DNA of 64,000 nt, from NCBI GenBank assembly GCA_951406725.2, contig OX597832.1, positions 48,856,001 through 48,920,000 on the forward strand, read 5' to 3'. Made by a program: the position numbers and the translations under genes. The notes under the pieces are model-generated. The model was not told where the DNA came from. It saw nothing but the letters and a program-made list of their open reading frames with translations, and made no database searches. Positions 55,327 through 64,000 of this stretch are shown in pieces. The stretch is from Octopus vulgaris (taxonomy: Eukaryota). The stretch's first letter is position 1, and each line of letters starts with the position of its first letter.

Positions 55327-55648
55327 CCAATCAGGACTCACGCCATGACCACAAACAATAATCTCTAATTCGAGCCTACTCTAAGCTACTAAGAATACGT
55401 CTGTGGCAACTTGAAGATCCACACGCGATAGACTGGCGGTTGCATGGGCGCGAAAGCTACGTTGTTATCCGTAAACGGTAGCTTTTAACAGGTGGAGAGT
55501 TGAACCATCCTGGGGTACAGAGGATTCGCAATCTAGACTAGGGTCTGAAAGTTTACCACACCATAGTGGGTTACACCATGGTTCCTCTGCTTTGTGGCAG
55601 AAGTAGGAAGGAAGAGTGAGAGAAAGTTGTGGTGAAAGAGTACAGCGG
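55320..55648 (-). mobile_element. SINE family C body with complete tail 3 (head missing)
   Basis: gagtgagagaaagttg...gaaagagtacag family C body joined to tail 3. Confidence 0.8.
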
Positions 55649-56044
55649 AATAAAAGAAAGAATATCTGTCTAGTTAAGCATCTGCAACGTTTGTTTTTCC
55701 TTCGCTTCTTTGGTAAAATCTCTGTACAATTTTTTTCAAATCTTCCTACGTTAGTCCACCATCTTAGCTACAAAATATTTTCTTTCTTCTACTTTTTCTA
55801 CAATTTACCTGTCAAACTAATCACGCAGCATTTATCTTAACTTTCTCTCTTTCGTATTTCTTGGTAACCCTTTTCAGTTTACATAAGCATTCGCCATCGA
55901 CTTTCCTCAATCCAGATAATAAACATTGTTTTCCTTTATATTAACAAACCTTTCAAGTTCCCTAATAGGTCTACTATCTCTGTTATACTTTGCGAGTTAT
56001 CTATCTTCTTACATCCATGTAGGTGTCCATACATTTGGCCTTGT

Positions 56045-56143
56045 CTATAGTTTGTCTGCATTTTATTTAATCATTCCCAAGGATCCTATTATTATAACGT
56101 GTAATTTTGTTTTCAATTCACATATTCTAGATACCATTATCTC
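56045..56143 (-). pseudogene. Old Dong/R4-like C-terminal remnant
   Basis: Minus translation EIMVSRICELKTKLHVIIIGSLGMIK*NADKL aligns by eye with LKTETIPIIVGALGMIKKYSDKY at 16781. Confidence 0.5.
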
Positions 56144-56224
56144 TGGCTGATCTCAAATTTTCAAACTTCTTTATTCTTATGAACAAATCTTATCTCTATA
56201 AGCAGATCTTTCACTCAGTTGTTG

Positions 56225-56520
56225 TCTTCTTCTTCTTCTCCCCTCCTCCTTCTTCTTCTTCTTCTTCTTCTTCTTCTTCTTCTTCTTCTTCTTCTTCTTC
56301 TTCTTCTTCTTCTTCTTCTTCTTCTTCTTCTTCTTCTTCTTTCTTCCAATCAGGACTCACGCCATTAGCCGCCACAAAGAATAATCTCTAATTCGAGCCT
56401 ACTCTAAGTTACTAAGAATGCGTGCGGCAACTTGACGATCCACCCACCACACGCGATAGACTGGCGGTTGCACCAGTACGCAAGCTACGTTGTTATACTC
56501 ATCCCGTAAATGGTCGCTTG
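56225..56520 (-). mobile_element. Tail-3 retroposon 3' end with (GAA)n tail
   Basis: Homologous to 55320-55480. Confidence 0.85.
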
Positions 56521-56689
56521 TCGTGGTTTTATAATAGACGTGTGCTCTATAGATTGCACCATAACACTGTGTAACAAACTTTAAAATTTGTTTCTCTTTG
56601 CTTAGTAAGTGTTGTCTCCTATTTGCTTCTATCTAGAAATCAAAGGAAATGACTACTATTCCCTTCAAACTTTGCTTTTGTGACTTGAA

Positions 56690-57211
56690 CCCCTTGACGC
56701 CGGTATTACCCGAAGGATACGAGACACTGCTCCGGTTTTTTTTTTATCTAATGAGGCCACGCGTACAGACAAGTGCCAACGAGCTCGCGTCTTTTTACGT
56801 TCACCGTTAAAATAGCATAGCGTCGTACATTTACGTCGACCGGTTTATGAAAACTAACTATGTGAAGCTATTTATCATAATAAGATATGCACGAGTTATT
56901 CTGCTCAAGTTCAGAAAATAGCTTGCGTGTGGTACAACTCAAAACACGGTATTATGCATGTAAAGTATCCGCATGTCATTGGTCTACTGCTAGTCTCATG
57001 ACTTGAACATTACCTAAAATAGCTAAGATAATGCACAGGACGGCGAGCGAGCGCACCTCAAGAGATAAAGTACACAACAGCGAACGTAAAATTACGACAG
57101 CCGCTAAAAGGTCCGTGAAATGTAGGGCAGCATAACAACGTATATTTACGTTAACCGCGGGAAGGCAAGCAAAAGTGTGATCGCATATTTGCGTCAACCG
57201 TTGTCAAGGGG
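56690..57211. mobile_element. Non-autonomous piggyBac-like element
   Basis: TIR CCCCTTGAC(GC/AA)CGGT; TTAA on the right, TGAA (one change) on the left. Confidence 0.75.
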
Positions 57212-57734
57212 TTAAATGGTTTGAAAATGACCTATTTTCCATTACATTTCAGACAGATTCGGCGCTGAGTTGCTGAAGCGGAAATATCCTTATAGCAAAT
57301 ACCATGCTCAAAACCACAGATTTGCTTGTTAGTTGCTCGGCGTTAACCAGTTGAGCACGTCCCTCTGACAATATGTGCATCTCTGATCATGAGTAGGAGT
57401 AGTGGTCGAGCATCATAATCATGTGTGGATAGGGATTCTTTGGGGTTTGAATAATTCACCCCTGGGAACATAGGTGTTTCATTCATCATTCCTAAAAAGA
57501 TCTCATTCAGGGACCATTTGAGCGGCATGAACTACTCAACATGAAGAAAAATCTAACTGGGCCACACTAGCAAGGTGAGAAATATTGGCCATTCTTCCAT
57601 ACTTTTTTGGGTTAAGGAAACAGGAAATAACAGTTGCTACACAAAGACAAACATCATGTTACACAGTGTAACCTTTGTCGACTGTCGATTTTCTTCTCTT
57701 TCCTTCTTACGCCTCTACATCTCCGCCCCTTCTT

Positions 57735-57960
57735 TTACATATTTCAGTCATTTGACTGTGGCCATGCTGGAGCACCGCCTTTAGTCGACCATATCGACCC
57801 TGGGACTTATTCTTTGTAAGCCTAGTACTTATTCTATCGCTCTCTTTTGCCGAACCGCTAGAGTTACGGAGACGTAAACACACCAGCATCCGTTGTCAAG
57901 CGATGTTGAGAGGACAAACACAGACACACAAACACATACGCACACACAGACACACAGACA

Positions 57961-58032
<72 letters not shown>

Positions 58033-58196
58033 CGACGGGCTTCTTTCAGTTTCCGTCTACCAAATCCACTCACAAGGCTTTGGCCGGCCCGAGACTATAG
58101 TAGAAGGCACTTGCCCAAGGTGACACGCAGTGGGACTGAACCAAAAAAAATGGGGTTCGTAAGCAAGCTACATACCACACAGCCACTCCTACGCCT
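57735..58196 (-). mobile_element. SINE family A
   Basis: Near full-length match with expanded internal (CA)n(TA)n. Confidence 0.9.
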
Positions 58197-58703
58197 ACTA
58201 ATTATCATTAACAATACCGTGGTGCATTGGGTATAAAAACTAACTGTTTCGTGACAAATGCTTATGTAATCTAAGTAGAAAAATAGCATCAGTAAGTATT
58301 CACGATACTAGGCAATGCATGTAAGAAGACAGACAGGCTTAACTGCTATTGTTATTCAGAATATCGACATCACGAAAAGCTTATTGAGTTATACTGTTGG
58401 TGTTTATGTCCAGACTAAGTAATCTAATTAAAGTGAAAAACGCCGACGAAAAAGAAAGACCGGTAAATACGAGAAGTTATTTCTTAATAAATTCAATTAT
58501 AATTGGAAATTATTTGTTCAAGAGAATCGGTAAATGAGGTCACGATAGTGTATTATGTTACAAAAGAAATGCAGTTTAAATTAAATGCAGTTTGACTGTA
58601 GTTGCAAGAGTTGGTTGAGACGGTACTAAACATGGCAATGATTGCGAAGACGGCGGTGAAGATGAAGAGACAAAGAGACGAAGCGACGAAGCAGCAACCG
58701 AGT

Positions 58704-58805
58704 GGAGGCAAAAATGGCCCAGTGGTTAAGGCAGCGGACTCGCGATTGTAAGAACGCGGTTTCGATTCCCAGACCGGGCAATGTTAGTGTTTTATTGAGC
58801 AAAAA
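58704..58805 (+). mobile_element. SINE family C head only
   Basis: ggaggcaaaaatggcccagtggttaaggcagcggactc...ggtttcgattcccagaccggg then (ATG)n-like tract. Confidence 0.8.
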
Positions 58806-59163
58806 CAGGATGATGATGATGATATTGACGATGAGAATGATGATGATGATTATAGTGACGACGATGACGACGACGATGATTATGATGACGATGATGAGGA
58901 TGAGGATGAAGACGAACAAGGGGAGGAGGAGGAGGAGGAGGTGGAGGAATGGGAGGACGACGGCGATGACGACGACGACAACGAATAAAATGCGGTGTAA
59001 TGTTTGCTTTGAAAAAGCTTAAGAGAAATCAAGGGAAACAAGCAATAATCAGCGAAACTGGAGCTTAACTATGGTCTATCCATAGCACTTATTCAGCATT
59101 ACCTGACACCTTTGGGTCTCATTGACACCATTACCTCCCATACCCTCCATATATATATATATA

Positions 59164-59211
<48 letters not shown>

Positions 59212-59214
<3 letters not shown>

Positions 59215-59365
59215 TGTTTTTTTATAATTTTCATCTGTCTTGCCCGCATATTGTTCTGGTGTTCCGCTGAATTTTTCCTCTAGAGAACATTCTTTTCTTT
59301 GTAGTTTGATCGTAGGAGATCTACTTCTAGCATACGGCCGACCACCTAGTGGTTTTTATCCCTTT
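59212..59365 (+). mobile_element. Family P4 3' fragment
   Basis: ataattttcatctgtcttgcccgc...tagagaacattc...tttgtagtttgatcgta matches 62530-62630; in (TA)n. Confidence 0.85.
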
Positions 59366-59535
59366 GAATATACATACACATAAATATATATATATATAAC
59401 GACCTCGAACACACAAGTGCAAACAAGGGAGTCAGAGAAAGGCAGTATGCCACTTATATCTGAACACTACTATAGAAATATTCCCTTAAAAAAACTTTTC
59501 TTCTAATTTTTCTAAATTTAATTATTTAATCGTTA

Positions 59536-59573
59536 CAGTTGAAAAGGTCTCAAAATGACCGAAACCGATACTG
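59536..59573 (+). ncRNA. P3 hammerhead motif with compensatory stem II
   Basis: cag TTGAAAA ggtc-tcaaaat-gacc GAAA ccga TA ctg; downstream ataaaattatcttagcattt matches the 23-kb copies. Confidence 0.68.
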
Positions 59574-59622
59574 AAAGATTCACTATAAAATTATCTTAGC
59601 ATTTTCTATTTTTGACTTGTTT

Positions 59623-59730
<108 letters not shown>

Positions 59731-60944
59731 GTATATATATATATATGTATATATATGTATATATGTATGTATGTATATTTAAAGGGCTAAAAACCACTAG
59801 GTATAATATACACGCAGACGTCTGTACAGGCGTGCCAGAATGAATATATATATATGTGAACGCATGCGTACAATTGCCATCGTATGCATGATTGCAAATT
59901 AGGCAAACATTTTTCGAGATGTAAACAGAGATGATGAAGAGACATGCAACAGTCACACAGTCTGTATACACCCATTATATATATATCCTTGGGGGTCATT
60001 ATCGAAATCATAACGACACCACCAAGCTTCTGTTGTTATTCATTAAGCTTCAAACGACTCCTTTCTTTGGTTTCTTCAAAGGTTTTGTTCCCCCGTTTAT
60101 TTCTTCCTCTCCCTACATCCCTCACTCCCCCTTTCTTACTGTCTGTCTCACTCTTTCACTCTCTCTATCTGTCCCATCTCTCACTATCACTCTTTCTATC
60201 TGCATCCACTTCCCTTGACAGTATATTATCAGATTATGTTTAATGCTACGCGCTCCATTCTTATTCTACGCTTAATAGGGTATCTGATATTTCAATAATT
60301 TCAAAATTCATGCGTATGTACGTATATGTATGGGTGTGTGCGTGCGTGTGTATGCGTGTGTGCGTGCGTGTGTATGTGTGTGTGCGTATGCGTGAGTGTA
60401 CGTGTCTAAGTGAGTGTGTACATGTATTTATAATTACATACATATATGTATGTCTGTATTTGTATGTGTCTGTATGTGCGTATGTGTGTGAGTATGTATG
60501 TATGTATGTACGTATGTATGTATATATGAATGCATGTATGTATGTACGTATGTACGTATGTATGTATGTATGCATGTATGTATGTATGTACGTATGTACG
60601 TATGTATGCATGTACGTATGTATGTACGTACGTACATATGTATGAATGCATGTATGTATGTCTGTATGAATGCATGCATGTATGTATATATGTATGCATG
60701 CATGTATGAATGTACGTAGCTATGTATTTATACGAGTGAGTTGATAAACGAAAGGAAAAGGCGCTCAACACATTTAGTAGAAGTTACATGTGTTATGTAA
60801 CCAGTTTGATTCGGTTCCATGCTACTTCAAGTTTCTGCAATACTGATATTCCAGAAGCCCGAATGAGACGGCTTCCCGTTAAGGGCGTGTGAAACTTGAA
60901 TTATCACGGAATCGAATCATACTCTTGTAAATAATATATATGAG

Positions 60945-61040
<96 letters not shown>

Positions 61041-61057
61041 TATATATATATATATAT

Positions 61058-61300
61058 AACGGGAAGCTTTATGAAAATAGACAAAAGACGAAGGCAGGTT
61101 TACGGAAATAAACAAAAGACGAAGGCAGGTGTGGAATACAAACAAACAATTGTATTAGTATGGCGCTCAGGAAATATAAATAAAACAAGTCTTTAATGTT
61201 TCGAGCCTACGCTCTTCAACAGAAAGATACACAGAGAAAAAACACAGAAAGAAGGAGAGAAAAAAATATGCGTGCAGAAGCTAGCGAATCAACATGGCGA
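61058..61300 (-). mobile_element. Family P1 element, hammerhead motif 61191-61226
   Basis: Minus: cttt CTGTTGAA gagc-gtag-gctc GAAA ca TT aaag; internal duplication of acaaaagacgaaggcaggt. Confidence 0.8.
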
Positions 61301-61574
61301 TATATATATATATATATATCTTTAGTTAAATATATTCAATGAGAATATCATATACTGAATCTATATTGAGTGGTCTATTGTGTCAGAGTATTAATACTAT
61401 TAAAGTATTTATATATTTAATACGGGCGATAATATATACATATTTATTTTATACATTATACATTCATACTTATACATATTTATATTTTCAATACAACAAT
61501 TATTCTACATACGCATATATCTTTCTGAAGAATTTTCTAATAATGATTTCCAGATATTAATTATAATATATTAT

Positions 61575-61636
<62 letters not shown>

Positions 61637-61640
<4 letters not shown>

Positions 61641-61815
61641 AGATCGTTAGCCACTACACACAAATTTTTTTTCTCTCCTTGTTTTTTTCTGTGTCCCTTT
61701 CTACAGAAGAGCGTAGGGTCGAAACGTAAAATACTTTTCTATTCCTGAGCGTTATACATCTGTTTGTTTTGTACACCACCTGTCTTCGTCTTTTGTTTTT
61801 TTTTTCGTAAACTCT

Positions 61816-61819
<4 letters not shown>
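61637..61819 (+). mobile_element. Family P1 element, decayed hammerhead motif 61697-61732
   Basis: cttt CTACAGAA gagc-gtag-ggtc GAAA cg TA aaa; (TA)n on both sides. Confidence 0.8.
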
Positions 61820-61874
<55 letters not shown>

Positions 61875-61878
<4 letters not shown>

Positions 61879-62630
61879 GGGAAACCACTAGGTGGATAAC
61901 CATACGCTAGAAGATCACATACGATCAAACTACAAAGAAAAAATGTTCTCCAGAGAAAATTCTGCGAACACCAGAACATAAGCGGGCAAGACAGATGAAA
62001 ATTATATAAAAATCAAGAATTAATCGTATACCGATTTCGTCTATTACCGAATAAATTATTTACGAAATCCTTCGTCCGCAGAACGCGTCAGTACGATCGT
62101 TCCAATTTCAATATAATTTGAAAAACTAAACACTATCTGTCCATATAAATCTAGACATGTGCTTAGTTCTACCGATTATATTGAGGTTAATTTCAAATGT
62201 CTAAATTCCGGCGCGCTAAATTCCGGAAACAGTTCTGCAGCAGATAATTTACTGCAGTTAATGTTGCCAATTAGAGAACATAATTATTTTAAAATTTAAA
62301 TAATGAGGGAGATAAATTGAATATTAATTAACATCAATTTAAAAGCAGTAGCCTAGCGCATAAAAAATCTGAATACATTTAGGAACACCACTAGGTGGAT
62401 AACTATACGCTAGAAGAAGATCACATACGATCTAACTACAAAGCGTACTGACGAGTTCTGCGGACGAAGGATTACGTAAGTAATTTATTCGGTAACAGAC
62501 GAAACCGGTATACGATTAATTCTTGATTTTTATATAATTTTCATCTGTCTTGCCCGCTTCTGTTCTGGTGTTCACTGAATTTTCTCTGGAGAACAGTTTT
62601 TCTTTGTAGTTAGATCGTATGTGATCTTCT
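61875..62630. mobile_element. Family P4: 503-bp unit with partial tandem repeat plus inverted segment
   Basis: ccactaggtggataac at 61885 and 62388; 62444-62630 is the reverse complement of about 61910-62095. Confidence 0.9.
62444..62514 (+). ncRNA. Type I hammerhead motif with fully canonical core and long stem II
   Basis: cgta CTGACGA gttctg...cagac GAAA ccgg TA tacg; mutated mirror copy at 62023-62097 minus. Confidence 0.8.
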
Positions 62631-63309
62631 GTTTCCATGGCCGATTAAATTAAATTGAGACATTAAATTATATGAAATTAAATTAAATTTCCATATGGAA
62701 TATGTTTAACTGCGAATATCATCAGGGGAAAAATTTTATAGAAAGGAGCTACATTCCGATGAGTCGCTTGAACTTTGATAGACACAGATATGTGAGTTTC
62801 AGCAACTAATGTATGTAAAAGAAAAATACTGTTAGTAATGTATATTTAAATGCTAACTTGTTTAATATGTTTGTGCGCATGCGTATATAATGTGTTGCAA
62901 AGACAAAAGCAAAACATCCGTTAGTTAGCTTAAACGATATCTCGATACGATTATTTTAAACTAGAAGCTACACAAAAACATCCTTCCTGAATTACACCAT
63001 CACTTATGATAGATCGACATGTCATTAAAGTATTCAATCACTTAAAAAATTTAATTTGTAATTCACCCAGTTGTAATCTAGAAATTAAAGCTAAATAATA
63101 GATTATTTTCATTATTGTTTTGTTTTTTGTTTTTTTGGGGTTTTTTTTTGTAATTTTAAAATCCATAGTAACGTATATTTAATATTTACATCACTTATTT
63201 GTTCGCGTGTGTGTCAATTTGTTGAAAGCTACGAGACCATTTCGAATCAAAACTGCTTACTACTTACCATAGTTGAGTCTTGCGTCATCAATATTTATAC
63301 ACAATATAA

Positions 63310-63884
63310 GGCGGTGGATCGTTAGCACGCCAGGCGAAATGTTTTGCGGTATTTCGTCTGCCGTTACGTTCTAAGTTCAAATTCCGCCGAGGTCGACTTT
63401 GCCTTTCATTCTTTCGGTGTCGATAAATTAAGTACCAGTTATGCACTGGGGTCGATGTAATCGACTTAATCCCTTTGTCTATCCTTGTTTGTCCTCTCTG
63501 TGTTTAGCCCCTTGTGGGTAGTAAAGAAATACGTATTTCGTTTGTCTTTATGTTCTGAGTTCAAATTCCGCCGAGGTCGACTTTACCTTTCATCCTTTCG
63601 GGGTCGATAAATTAAGTACCAGTTACGCACTGGGGTCGATTTAATCGACTTAATCCCTTTGTCTGTCCTTGTGTGTCCACTCTATGTTTAGCCCCTTGTG
63701 GGTAGTAAAGAAATAAGTATTTCGTCTGTATTTACATTCTGAGTTCAAATTCCGCCGAGGTCGACTTTGCCTTTCACACTTTCGGGGTCGGTAAATTAAG
63801 AACGAGTTGCGTAATGGGATCGATGTAATCGATTGGCCCTCATCCCCCAAAATTTCGGGCCTTGTGCCTGAAGTAGAAAAGAAT
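63310..63884 (+). mobile_element. SINE family B trimer, followed by another copy running off the window
   Basis: Cores at 63389, 63573, 63757 (period 184); last unit ends in tail 2. Confidence 0.92.
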
Positions 63885-64000
63885 CGTTAGCGAAATGCTT
63901 ATCGATATCTCGTCTGTCTGTACGTTGTGAGTTCAAATTCCGTTGAGGTTGACTTTACATTTCATCTTTTCGAGGTCGATAAATTAAGTACCAGTTGCGT

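Overview
AT-rich, microsatellite-saturated eukaryotic DNA with no recognisable host protein-coding gene. Almost all long ORFs in the track are translations of simple repeats. The repeat landscape (CORE-like, Nin-domain and V-domain-like tRNA SINEs, RTE and Dong/R4 LINE ends, Tc1/mariner, piggyBac and 9-bp-TSD MITEs) resembles an octopod cephalopod genome; this is an inference. The only real coding remnants are transposon-derived: a DD41D mariner-type transposase fragment, a DD37D C-terminus, and Dong/R4 and RTE C-termini. The most striking signal is non-coding: about 20 minimal type I hammerhead-ribozyme motifs from at least five sequence families. They sit in 70-500 bp ORF-less elements that are mostly embedded in (TA)n tracts and show Penelope-like architecture (partial tandem repeat plus head-to-head inverted copy), which creates near-perfect 85-210 bp fold-backs. 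Several families carry non-canonical cores (U3:A8 swap, extra A after A9, A6 replaced by U/C), some with compensatory stem changes between copies. The SINEs also show modular tail swapping and a VNTR-like 184-bp internal multimerisation. All calls were made by eye with no database search; ribozyme activity is untested and element edges are approximate unless a TSD or TIR fixes them.
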